A stretch of 64,000 nucleotides of DNA, taken from contig OZ024740.1 of the NCBI GenBank assembly GCA_964016885.1, positions 303,056,001 through 303,120,000 on the forward strand, given 5' to 3'. The notes beneath the pieces are model-generated. The model searched no databases, was not told the origin of the DNA, and was given only the letters and a program-made list of their open reading frames with translations. This DNA comes from Eledone cirrhosa (taxonomy: Eukaryota). Below, in pieces: positions 42,471 to 55,047 of the stretch. Every line of letters begins with the position of its first letter. The first letter of the stretch is position 1. The position numbers and the translations under genes were made by a program.

Positions 42471-42985
42471 ATATCTATATATCCTGTTCACATTGAGTCC
42501 CTTAATTTATTACTAGTCTAGATAATCCTAGGATAAAAGTCACCTATAAAACTAAAAACAAGCATCAAATGATAATGATGATGTATATATATATGTAATT
42601 ATCATCCTCATTATTTTACATTTGCTTTCCATGTTAGCATTGCTTGGATGAGTCATTATGGCTTGAGAGTGTATATGTCAAAGGAACTCCTCTCACTCAT
42701 AATTTCCATTTTGGGCATGATTTCTACTGCTTGTTGCTGTTCCTAACATCAGCCACTTTACAGAGTGTTCTGAGAGCATGTTATTGTGGCCTCACCACTG
42801 AATATACTGCTATATCCTAACCAAGATTAAAGGGTGTTTAGTTCTCTCAATGCTACATTGTTTTTATTTGATTGTTAACCACTTTACATGTATACAATGT
42901 ATATATGCATATAGCATATGTAAGATTTATATAAAGAACTTCTTTTAACGGCTTCTAACTCCTTCATTCATTTGCATATATATAC

Positions 42986-43073
<88 letters not shown>

Positions 43074-43097
43074 AATCTTGCTAAACAAATTCAAAAA

Positions 43098-43149
<52 letters not shown>

Positions 43150-43321
43150 GTATATACAAGATGAGATTTTGGTTTTGCTTCATTAACAAGCCTGGTGGGC
43201 ATATTGGGCAAGAGCTGGGTCTATAGCATTTACATGGATCCTGAACCACCCATCTGTGAAACGGTGCATAATCAATAAAGATTTTATGTGAAACCTCGTT
43301 TTGTACTTAACACACGCACAT

Positions 43322-43403
<82 letters not shown>

Positions 43404-43479
43404 TATTTTCCGTTGTGTTGTAATATAAATATTACACACAGTAGATTATCAGCGCACGTAGAGTTTGCTCGACGGTTCC

Positions 43480-43619
43480 AGTTGTATTATTCTGATGAAA
43501 TGACAGTAAATAATAACATTGAAATATTGAATGTCTGCATAACTAAAAGTTTGTAGATAGCAGCTGTTTTAGGTTATGTAACTGTTATAGAAACACGTGT
43601 CAATAAATTCCTTTCAACT
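43480..43619 (+). ncRNA. Type I hammerhead ribozyme with intact core and 91-nt branched stem II
   Basis: Stem I ttatt/aataa plus agttg/caact; CTGATGA 43492-43498; atgacagt/actgttat; GAAA 43590-43593; palindromic stem III ACACGTGT; GTC with predicted cleavage after 43601. Confidence 0.72.
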
Positions 43620-43640
43620 AAACTGTATCCATTCAAATCT

Positions 43641-43717
<77 letters not shown>

Positions 43718-44310
43718 ATTATATATAAGGCTCATCTTTATACGTGTTTTTTTATGGATATATATTATTAGATGATGGGGTATATTAAAGGATAGGGAAT
43801 GGAGTGCCAAAATTGCTGAAGCTAATTATTTTGTAGCCGGATAGTCACTCTCAAACAAACCAGTGAACAACGACTTAGGACCTGTTTTGAGTTTGGATCA
43901 TTTAAGCACATTGAGAAATGACCCTTCTAACAGGATATTAATGTGATATCTGAGGCATCATCTGAAACATATCTTTATTGCAACTTTTTTTATTCATTAG
44001 TCACTAAATATTTTCACAAATATTTAAGAATATTCTCTTATTACCATGGCATAAATCTCATTCTAAAAATATACTGGCAGATCTGTTTGATTTCTTTATA
44101 GAAGTACTCTAGATTTTGAGGTTCAAATAAATTTATATTTCATCTGAAACTCACCTAACTCTTACAAACACATTACCTATAAAATAAACAATTAAATGGA
44201 GAAAAGATAAATCATTAAAACACATAGAAAATCACTAAGGAATGCAATCTATGTTGTTTCAATGTTGTCGGTTTTTTTATTTTATCTCTTCTTCTTTGCT
44301 TCCATTTCAG

Positions 44311-44340
44311 AAAAGTTTGGTCCAATGCATGTTTTTCCAA
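44311..44340 (+). CDS. Candidate 30-nt micro-exon
   Basis: Long pyrimidine tract with TGC, TTTCAG acceptor, CAA|GTACGT donor; 3n; phase 1 reads KFGPMHVFP; TGCATG at 44451. Confidence 0.5.
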
Positions 44341-44820
44341 GTACGTATCTCTGTTGTTACATCTTTTGTTTAACCCTTCTCACCTTCATTTGCAAATTCT
44401 TTACTTTATTTTGTTTTATTATTTTTTTTTTTTTTAATATCTGGAAACTCTGCATGTGCACATATCACAGACTCAAATTCATTACCAAATTTCATGGTTA
44501 TGGTATTCAATAATTTTAGATAAAGATGTTCATTCATCTGTCTGTCCATGAATCCCATTTCATTACTTTGCTCCCATGAAGCTTCTATATGTCTTTAGCA
44601 TGTGCTAAAAGCTAAGCTTGGGATTCTATCCTCACTACATATCTACTAATTTTCTTTTTATTTTGTTGTTGTTGCTATTATTCAAGCAAAGTTGATTTAA
44701 GAAGAAACTCAATGCGATTCAAATCATTTCAAATTTTCTTTACTGTATCATTTCTACACACAATCACTCCATCAACTCTAAAATCAATCATATTTGAGTC
44801 TTATTATTTCATTTTTGTAA

Positions 44821-45425
44821 GGGCGGTGGATTGGCAGTATCGGTAGAGGGTCGAACGCCATGCTTTGACGCGTAGAGTTACAGCCCTTGCCATTTTGAGT
44901 TCAAATCCCGCCGAGGTACACTTTGCCTTTCATCCTTATGGGGTCGATAAAATAAAGTACTAGTAATACTGGGTTATTGCTGGCCTTGTGCCAAAAGTAG
45001 AAACAATTATTTCATTTTTGTGGATGGCAAGTGGATTGGCAGTATCGGTAGAGGGCTGGACTCCATGCTTTCAACTCCATGAGTTCAAATCCCGCTGAGG
45101 TTAATTTTGCCTTTCATCCTTACGGGGTCAATAAAATAAAGTACCAGTGATGCACTGGGATAATTGCTGGCCTTGTGCCAAAAGTAGAAACAATTATTTC
45201 ATCTTTGTAGAGCAGTGGATTGGCAGTATCTGTAGAGCATTGGGCAACATACTTTGTGGCATATAGTTACAGCCTTTTACATTCTGTGTTCAAATCCTGC
45301 TGAGGTAGCTTTGCCTTTCATCCTTATGGGGTTGATAAAATAAAGTACAAGTAACACACTGGGATTGATTTAATCGACTTTCCTCTTCCCTTCAAATTGC
45401 TGGCCTTATGCCAAATGTAGAAACA
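44821..45425 (+). mobile_element. Stack of three SINEs with a four-fold 16-bp TSD
   Basis: Copies 44821-45005, ~45025-45192 and ~45211-45425; attatttcat(t/c)tttgt at 44803, 45006, 45193 and 45426. Confidence 0.93.
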
Positions 45426-45705
45426 ATTATTTCATCTTTGTCAATTTTAAGTATATTATATTATATAAATAAAATTCCCTACAGTTTTACATATTTCAAT
45501 TATGCGACTATAATCAACATTGGGTAGATGCATAGACAAAAGAATTCAAAATCTGCTTCATCCTATGATGGGAAAAAAATATAGGTGAAATAAAAGGTGA
45601 AACAATCAGTTTTATTGTATTAGATTTATAGTATTAGATTTCCAGCAAAACGATCAGTGGTTCATATTTTAATATATTCGGTGCTATGTTGACAACCAAG
45701 ACACT

Positions 45706-46087
45706 TACTCTCGGGTCCCAAATAAAAGAGGGGGTTGGAATAATCAGGCGGGGTTTGAAAATCGATAATTTAATGTTGACTCTCTTGATTTCTTTAAAAC
45801 CCAGAATTAGTCATTTAGTTTACATATTGAGACCCCCAACCCATCCTATTTATTTTATAACAAATGGGATTTCTTGTAATGTTCTTTTTTGTCATATATA
45901 ATGGTTTCTTAATGTATAAAGAAAATTGATTGTTGCAGGACTGCTACCACTTAAAATAAAATTTTGCCAGAGATAGATTAACAGAATTTAATAAGTGGGG
46001 ATGGGAGTGAAATAAAAGAAAGGTTGGAGGTGAAAAAATCTGAAAAATGAATAAGCTGGGGGAGCAATTATTCAAGACCTGAGAATA
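45706..46087. mobile_element. TA-flanked MITE (Tc1/mariner-type), copy 1
   Basis: TIR tactctcgggtcccaaataa ... ttattcaagacctgagaata; internally similar to 53580-53913. Confidence 0.75.
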
Positions 46088-46829
46088 GCTCCTAAATATA
46101 GATGTCTATTTTATATCGAAATAAACGACGTATATGAAATTACATAATAGCTAAGTTCACATTTTTTTAAAAATAAATATGCTAACAATATAGATAGCTT
46201 GAAATATTGTTTAAAGATTGTGTTTTTATTTAAACAGATAATAAGTATTTAGGATAAAATTACATAAAAATTATAAAGAATTTGATATTTAGTCAAACAA
46301 ATTGTCAATTCAGATTGCTATAAATAGCCACAGAGTGGAATGGCAGAACTGTAAGGTTAAGAAATGTTTTAATTTGCATCCTACTGAATTCAATTCTTTT
46401 CCTGAGTAATGGCAGAAGAAGAGATGGGTTCTAATAGCCTTTTAAATGATAAAATCATGTACCATGTCTTCAATTCGCATTGTTGGTGATTACAGTGGAA
46501 CATTCTGAGTAGAGGAAAACCAACTAGCTTAGAATAAGTTCATCTTTAAACTACTGTTTAAAAAATCTCTTATTTTATTTTGATATCTGTTATACAGAAA
46601 CATATTATGTCAACTATATTTTACGGACAGAAGTTATACAATGATGGAAATATTTTAAAAAAAGATAAAAACAAAATTAAGTAATGGAAAAAAGAGGAAA
46701 GGGGGTAAAGAATGGCAGATCTGGCTGTATAGGGAAGTAGAGGAATTCTTGAAAGTAGTTTCCTGAAAGGAGCTACTACAGTGAAATTAAGTTTTGTATG
46801 AAATCATGAAAAAGCTATCAAACACTGAC

Positions 46830-47025
46830 TTCACCTTGGACAGCCAACTCTGCTCTGATAGCAGTGAGGAGGGATGTGGTCTGGGGGCCAAGAACACCGG
46901 AAGTCTCTACTGCTACAGGCTCTATCGCAAACCCATCAGTGAGTGGCCAATACGTGACAGTTTTCCCTCATCAGCCTGGCAGGCAGCAGAGCCTGGGTTG
47001 TAATTGCTGATTTTTAATCAGAATA
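46830..47025 (-). mobile_element. CRE-like non-LTR retrotransposon RLE-domain fragment
   Basis: Minus strand GSAACQADEGK..., then FAIEPVAVETSGVLGPQTTSLL..GE (PxAVETxGxxG motif). Confidence 0.7.
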
Positions 47026-48296
47026 AAATATATTTAATTTGCCTCAATACCTTTTCTGAAACATTAGTTGACTATGACAGTATTTGTATCTGCTTAGTTC
47101 ACATCAAAATTATTATCAACATGGCACTCCATTTGACATATTTTGAGACGTTCACTATATGTTGGTACTAATGGTTCAGGTTCTAATTCTCTGGTGGATC
47201 TTTTATTACATGCACACATTGTTAGCTTTCTTTTCCATTGTTAACATTCCTTTTCTCGTTACATTATTCTTCTTTGCTAAATAGGCATTTCAAAATTATA
47301 CTTCCTAATTTCACTATTTCTGACTCTCATGCATCTCATCTACTTTCATCCTGCTACTTTATATCGTATCCTTTTAACTCCATTTTAAAAAAAATTATAT
47401 TACCTACTTTTATATTTTTACCAATGTTTTCCATATGCAAAATAATCTAAGAAGTTTTACTGTTACTCATCTATAACAAATCACCTGTTTTTAATTAGGC
47501 TATCATCACTCTCATTTAAATATGGTGAATAAATCACTGTGGAATCTCTCTCCACTTCAATGATACCTTCTAGTAATTTCAATTTATCTAACATAATCAT
47601 TCTGTTACTACAATTTCATTATGGCAAACTTTCTATCATCCTCATAATCATTATATATGTCCACTTTTCCACATTAGCATGGATTGGATGAGATTTTTAA
47701 GTATTCTACAGTCAGGTGACCAACACTTACTTATTTTTGAGTAAGGTACTTTATTCAAGTGATCTTTTCCTTCTACTCAAGCTGTGTCAGTGTGAAGACA
47801 TGCAGAAACAAACAAACAGACACACACACACACACACACATATGTACGTATATATATGTGTATATATATGTATATATATCATCATCATCATCACCGTTTT
47901 ACGTCCGTTCTTCCACGCTAGCATGGGTTAGACTGGTTGTCCTGTTGTGGGCAGTGTCCAGTCGGCTGACCTTGTCTTGCTCATACGGGAACTGATTCTG
48001 GCTTGATTTCTACAGCTGGATGCCCTTCCTAACACCAGCCTCATTTAAAGTGATTGCTGGGTGCTTTTTTCCGTGGCGCCTACATGTCCACTTTTACAGT
48101 GTGGGCTGGGTGCTTTTTTGCCATGGCACCTCCATGACCACTATGCAGTGGAATGATAGGGGCCCCAGTCCTATCATCTCATTTCTACAGCTGAGTAAAC
48201 TGGAGCAATGTGAAATAAAGTGTCTTGCTTAAGGAAACAACACATCACCCGGTCCGAGAATTGAACTCACAACCTTTCGATTGCATATATAATATA

Positions 48297-49650
48297 TATC
48301 ATCATCATCATCATAATCATTTTACGTCTGCTTATCCCTGCTTGCAAGGGTTGGATGGGTCCCATTCAGCACAGCATCTCTCCACTTGTCATGGTCCTTC
48401 GTCATCTCCTCAGTGAGTTTCAGTGATTTGAGGTCTGCTCTCACCACCTCCGCCCATGTTTTTCGTGGTCAACCTCAACTGTGTCTTCCTTCGACTGGGA
48501 TTTCTTGGCACACCTTTACCCAGCAGTCATCCTCCATGTGCATCACATGTCCATACCATCTCAGCCTTCTCTCCTGCACACCACAACTTATCCCTCTTAT
48601 ACCAGTTTCTTTCTCAACTCGTCTATGCTTGGTCGTTCACGCACATTGACATTGCACATCCAACGGAGCACACTTGCTTCATTTCTCTCCAGCCATCGCA
48701 TATCCTCTGCAGTTGCTGTCCATGTCTCACTACCATGCAGCATCGCGCATCTCACACAGGCGTCATATAACCGTCCTTTCGTACTCAGGGAGAAACCCTT
48801 CTTTGTCAACAGAGGAAGCAGCTCCCTAAATTTCTTCCAACCTGTCCTTATTCTAGATACTATGGCCTCAGAGCACTCCCCGCCCCCATGCTAACCTGAT
48901 CACCTAGGTACCGGAAGCTATCAACCACTTCTATAGAACCCACCTGCATTGGAAAAATATGTCTATCACTGCGATTACTACTGCCAACTTTCCCTGCACA
49001 TCTACTGCATACATAGTATTCCCTACCTGTTAGTTTGCCTGCTATCCCACTACATCTCTTGTGTACCCAAGATCTACATTGCGCACATTTTATGGAATTT
49101 ATGCCAGTTCCTTTCCTACATATCGAACATGGCCATTTCCCTGATGGAATCAGAGTATTGTCCTCTCTTCTACTTATCAACACTTTTGTCTTAGCTAGGT
49201 TCACTCTCAGTCCTCTTGATTCCAACTGCTGTTTCCATAGCCAAAATTTATTCTCTCGCTCCTCTACTGATTCTGCTATAAGAACCAGATCATCAGCATA
49301 GAGAAGATCCCATGGGCAGCCCGTCTTAAACTCCTCTGTTATGGCTTAGAGGACTATAATGAACAAGAGTGGGCTGAGGACCGAATCCTGATGTACACCT
49401 ACTTGTATCTGGATTTCCTCACTAAATTCCATTCCTACCCTGACTTTATTGACAGAACCCCTGTACATAGCTTGCACTGTCCTCACAAGCCATTCCTCTA
49501 CACCTAGTTTCCTTAGGGACCACCAGTTGACATATCAGGGTTCCCTATCAAAGGCCTTCTCTAGGTCAACAAAAGCTAAGTATAGTGGCTTATTCTTCTC
49601 TAATAACCTCTCTTGTAGTTGCCTCACTACATCTGTTGTACTTTTCCAAG
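48297..49650 (-). mobile_element. RTE-clade LINE RT pseudogene with (GAT)n tail
   Basis: LYLAFVDLEKAFDR, PWDLLYADDLVL, GLRVNLAKTKV, Cys-rich insert WPCSICRKG..CAQCRSWVHKRC..CSRC, GRLYDACVRCAMLHGSETW; frameshifted. Confidence 0.93.
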
Positions 49651-49849
49651 TAATAATAGATACAAAGACCAAAATCCTAAGAGGACTTGATAAGGGCTGT
49701 ATCATCATCATCAGCAGCAGCATTTTACATCTATTTTTCCACACTAGCATATTTATTATTAATACATATTAAAAGTTTAAGCAATGAATCCTTGCTTCCA
49801 CCCTAAGTGGGAGCAGCATTTACGCATGTATGTATGTTTATATACATGA

Positions 49850-50005
49850 CATGCTTCTGCACAATTTCTGTTTAACAAATTTCATCCACGAGGCATTGGT
49901 CAGCCCAAGGCTGTATTAGAAGACACTTGTCCAAGGTGCCATACAATGAGATGAAAGCCAAAGCTATATGGTTACAAAGTGAATTTCTTAACCACACGGC
50001 CCTGT
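49850..50005 (-). mobile_element. tRNA-derived SINE head (reverse orientation)
   Basis: Similar to 521-650. Confidence 0.6.
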
Positions 50006-50939
50006 CTACACTTCTTAGTTTTGTACAAATCATGTTTCCTATGTATTAGTCTTAGTGAATCTACTTTTCTGATCTCCACTCATACTATACTCCTGTATCA
50101 ATCTTTTTCACCAATGGTTCTATCTCATACACTTTGCTCTTTATATTTTTATACTCTTTTTCTTTTCATTCTCTCTATTCATTCTTGTAGACCACATGAC
50201 ATCATAAGACAGATATCACTGAATTATTTTACTTATAAAAAAACATTTATTTACATAGAGATAGGTTTGAAGAAATCATTCGCAAATATATATTCACACA
50301 TACACATATACATCTGATGTACACTACATATAGCAGGTTCTTTTTCCTTGGACATTGCATATCATTTATGGTATATTCAATGGTGTACTTCTTGAACTCT
50401 CTCAATTTAATAGGAAGAACATCCAGCCATAGAAAACTTGCCAGACCTACATGATAAATGCACCCAGTACACATTGTAGAGTGGTTGGTGATAGAAGGGC
50501 ATCCAGCCATAGAAATCTTGCCAAATAAAGGGTTGGGAGGACCCTCAGTTGTGTCAAAGGCATGGCAACCTCTCCTGAGCACTCAATGGAATGTAAGACT
50601 GTACATAAGTGCACAGGTTCCTGGCCTGCCTGGGAGATCAGTGACTCTGCTTCAGTCTATATGGACCTGTCCAAACCATGTTAACGGGGAAAGCAGACGT
50701 TTAAATGGCAATGACAATGATGATGATGATGATATGATGATGATCCTTATATCAATTAGCAATGATATTTAACTTAGAAAATGACCCAATGAAGGAGTCC
50801 CTATGCGGTGAGTGAATTTGCTAGAAATAGTAACCAAATCTCTCTCAAAATAGATGGAATAATCAAATTTTGATCCCATCGATCATAATTTTGCTCAATA
50901 AAGGATGGCCTGGAACTAAATTAAAACAGCTTAAGAAAT

Positions 50940-51440
50940 GATACCGACAACAGTTTGGGCACAGATGTTCAATATGTTTTGGTGAAAATACAATAGTGTT
51001 ATAGGGACATCATTCCAAACTTAGAGCCCAAATGTTCAGATCTTTCACATTGGTTACCTGTTTTACAAAAAAGAAGTTTTATAATCTTCCTTGCTATTAG
51101 ATAAGGCCTAGGCTACTTAAAAATCAGTGTCATGAGAAGTGGTCTAACTTAAATGATTTCAAGAGCATAGATACCATACTTGGGTTCTTTAAGGAAACTT
51201 TTAGCACCCAGCGTTTGAGTTGACAAGTTGTTAAAACTTTACAGATGAGTAGTTGAAAATGATTGAAATATAGACTTTGGTATTTCATAATATTTCCTTA
51301 TTTTGGCAGGATAAACTGGTTTGTCAAGTTTTCTTTGAATACCTTAGATTGGCATGTGCATTTGTATACTCATGAAGATACAGTTTAATACTCACATGGA
51401 ATCCCAGTATTGTATATTACTGGAATTCAAGATGCATAAT
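50940..51440 (-). mobile_element. Very decayed CR1-group LINE 3' fragment
   Basis: Weak similarity to LEY..LW / RLxxLxxxSL / GPxLFN motifs. Confidence 0.3.
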
Positions 51441-53579
51441 TCTAAAGCTTTATAAGGAAACTGGTGTTAAACATATTGGATTCAGTAATGCAGGGGTGAT
51501 TCAGTAATGCATCACTATAACTACTGTTTATGTTTATGGTATCCAATCTTCTGAAATTTCTGTGTGTGACTACATGTCATCATCATCACTGTTTTATGTT
51601 ACTTTCTGAGGCTAGATAGGTCTGATGACTGCATTTCATGCATACATTCCATTCTGACATGGTTTCTACAGTTAGATACCCTTCCTAATGCCAATCACTT
51701 CATGACTTGTACTGAGTGATTTTTATCATAGCACCAGCACTACCGTTTTAGGCCTGAGTGCATTTTATTATGGCACCTGCACTACAAGCTTTCAACACTA
51801 GGGGTGGGGTCATTGTTTTGTTCTCAATCAGCCTGGGGAAGCAGTGGTGGGAGTGGGGGTGAGAGCAAAAGTCAAGCTACTTGTTACTTGCCGCTGGGGG
51901 GGGGGGGTTAAGAGAGATAGCCGTCAAGAGAGTAACATTTGGTGGTATATTGTGAGGAGCTGGCATGCTTGGATGAGGAATTGGGATGTAAATAAGGGGA
52001 GAATAAGTGTTGGATTATGCCAGTGGTCTTGGGGAGTCAGGCATGTGAGTAAGGGGAGTTAAGTGTTGGTTGACATCGGTGGTCTTGAAGAGAGGGAGTG
52101 AACAATCAATGTCTAGCATTGCACTGTGGAGGTTGATCCAGCTCTCCATTGCTGATATGGGTTGGATAGTGAAGTAGAAATCAGATATGTGAATGGGAGA
52201 GACTAGAGTGGGCTAGATAGTGAAAATGGGGTATTGGGCGGAAGCATATTGGCAGGGGGGACCTAACAAGTTGTATTACCTCTCTACCTCTTAACTACCT
52301 TTTTTCCTCCCATTCATGTGGGAAGACAAGTCTTCTGTAGTCGACTTGATCCAGCCATCTCCTTCATCTGGTCAACCTTTACCTCATCATCTCACAGTTT
52401 TCATCAACTTTAACTGCCCTACATGTATGTATTTAATTCTTTTGTTTTGTTAGTGTGCATAGACTATAGATACTATGCCACTCTAAGATCTAGTAAATAT
52501 TAAAGTACAACTATCAAATAACAGTCTTTTTAATATATTTTTTTATCTGTAAAGATCTTGGTTTCTGCTTTCTTTTTAAAGTTTATTTCTAATTTCTTAA
52601 CATCTCAGCTCCAGCCATCTTTTTCTTTTTTGCTATTACATTTTTCTTTTTTATATTCTCAAAAACTTACTCTTTAGTTTTACTTAAATTCCTCTCTATT
52701 GTCATGTATTTGGTGACTCAGCTCCATAAAACAATATAGACAGGATGAGGAAGTCAAAGAGTTGTAGTCTTAAAGTTATAGAAATACTGGGTGACTTTCA
52801 TGTTTTGAGGTTGCCAGAATTTTATGTAAAATATTTAAAATTATGTTCTAAACACCAGATAAATAATGAGAGAGTTAATTATATCACTAAATCTCTTCAG
52901 ATTCTTAATTATTTTCAAAATTATTTGAAAATCACAGGCAGTGTCTTTTATTAGAAATTAGGGAACAATGTTATGGTCTTTTTTGTAATGCTCAGACTAT
53001 ATAAATCTAACCTGAACAGTAGCACTAAAGAATAATATACACCCTTCAACAATGCCTATAACAATTTATTTGTGCCCTCTGCTTGGCTTTAGTTTTAGGA
53101 TGGTTAGATTTTTTTTATTTAATACCTATGTGTATAACTTTTAAATTCCAATTACTTGCACCAAACTGACTTTGAAATGTAAAATTGGGGGTTTGCTGTG
53201 AATTGTAATTTTTTTGTGTATGAGCCCCCTCCCAACATGAAATACCCAGGTCCCACAAAGTCTAAATCTGACTCTGGTAGAAAGGGGAGAAAATGATTAT
53301 GAAAAGTCCATTCTTAAGGTCACAGTGGTTTATTTACTTAACACTTCATATTTTGTATTATATGAAACTATATTAGCAAGACAGTCTTGAAAAGTACAAA
53401 ACAACATTAAGATTGCATTTCATTAAAAATTAGCCTTCATTCTTATAATGCAAATTTCTACCAAAATCTCTCTTCTAGCAAAGTTACTATAAATATATGA
53501 ATTAACAAACCCATTTTTATTTATTAAGAGTTAAACTCAGATTTGTTCATTAATTTATTGATTTCAGAAATATTTCTCC

Positions 53580-53913
53580 TACTCTCAGGTCCCAAATAAT
53601 AGTGGGGTGGAATAAGCAGAGGAGTTGGAATAAGCAAGGCATTGGTTGGAAAATCGATAATTTATCTAGGTTGTCTATGTTTAGTTTACATATTGAGACC
53701 CCCCACCCATCTTATTTATTTTATAAAGATTTCTTGTAATATACTTTTTTTTGTCATGTAATAATGTTTTTTCAATGTATAGAGAAAATTTCGCCAGAAA
53801 TAAATTAGCATAATTTAATAAGCAGAGGGGTTGAAATAAGAGTGGCAGGGGAGAGTGTCTGAAAAATGAATAAGCTGGCAGTGGGGAGGGGAATTATTCG
53901 AGACATGAGAGTA
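53580..53913. mobile_element. TA-flanked MITE, copy 2
   Basis: TIR tactctcaggtcccaaataat / attattcgagacatgagagta. Confidence 0.78.
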
Positions 53914-54759
53914 ATTATTGAGTCCATTTTTTTTTTCTTCTTTTATTATTTTCCTGTTTTCTACTTCATTATATTTGCCACCTACTGGTAATAACAACTT
54001 TTTATCTTATCTCTTGATACCTATCGATATCAGATTTAGAAATATTCATGAAGATTCCTATTATCAATAGAATGGCCAGTATTATCATTAGAAACTATTC
54101 AATCTTAATGCTAAAGCTAAAACTATTCATATGTCATCATTTTTATTTTCAATATTATCAGTGGTTATCCTATTAAATCATTGAATGAGCTAATCTCTTC
54201 TTTTCTTTTTTTCTTTTGTCATATAAATTAATTTCATCTCCTAATATTTAAAAAGAAATGCACATACATACATACATACATTTATTCATACATACATACA
54301 TACATTTATTCATACATACATACATTTATTCATACATACATACATGTATCCATACATTCATTTATTCATACATACATATATTCATAAATATATACAAGAA
54401 TACATTTATAAAGCAAGATGGTGTCTATTGTAAGTAATTCAATGTCTTAAGTTTTAAGATTGTCAGCACGAAATCTCTGAGATAATATATATATCTTTTA
54501 GATTGATTTGCAATAGTAATTTAATGCTTTCTTTTTCAATTCAAAGCTATTGAATGACAATATTTTAATAATACTATTACAAACTCTTGAGAGGAAAAAT
54601 AAAATAAAAATAAAACTATGAATCCTCAGAATGACTAATTTCAATTATTGCCAAACTCCAAACTAAACATTTTCAACATAGTTGCATTTGAATGATAAAT
54701 ATAATTTTGTAGGATAACTTCAAGTATTAAGTTTTTCATGAATAGAATTTAAAAGGTAT

Positions 54760-55047
54760 ATTTATCCATGCATCCAACTAACTGTCTGCCCATTCATCAA
54801 ACTGTCTGTCCATTCATTGATTTGTTCATCCATCTATTCATCTGTCTCTCCGTCCATTCCTTTATTTGTCGGTCCATCTGTTCATCTGTCTGTCCATTCA
54901 TCTGTCAGTCTATCCATTCATCTGTCTGTCCAGCCATCTGTCTATCCAGCCATCCATTTGTCTGTCCATCCATCCGTTCATCTGTCAGTCTATCCATTCA
55001 TCTGTCTGTCCATCTGTCCATCCATTCATCTGTCTATCCATCCATCC
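54760..55047. repeat. Degenerate (CCAT/CTGT/TCAT)n tetranucleotide repeat
   Basis: Direct inspection; explains the three overlapping low-complexity ORFs. Confidence 0.9.

Noticed and set aside
44803-45441. CRISPR-like repeat/spacer appearance of the SINE stacks
   Set aside because: The 'spacers' are homologous ~185-bp SINEs and the 'repeats' are TSDs; eukaryotic context with no cas genes
46794-47003. GC-rich + strand ORF as a host exon
   Set aside because: It is the antisense of a CRE-like retrotransposon endonuclease fragment
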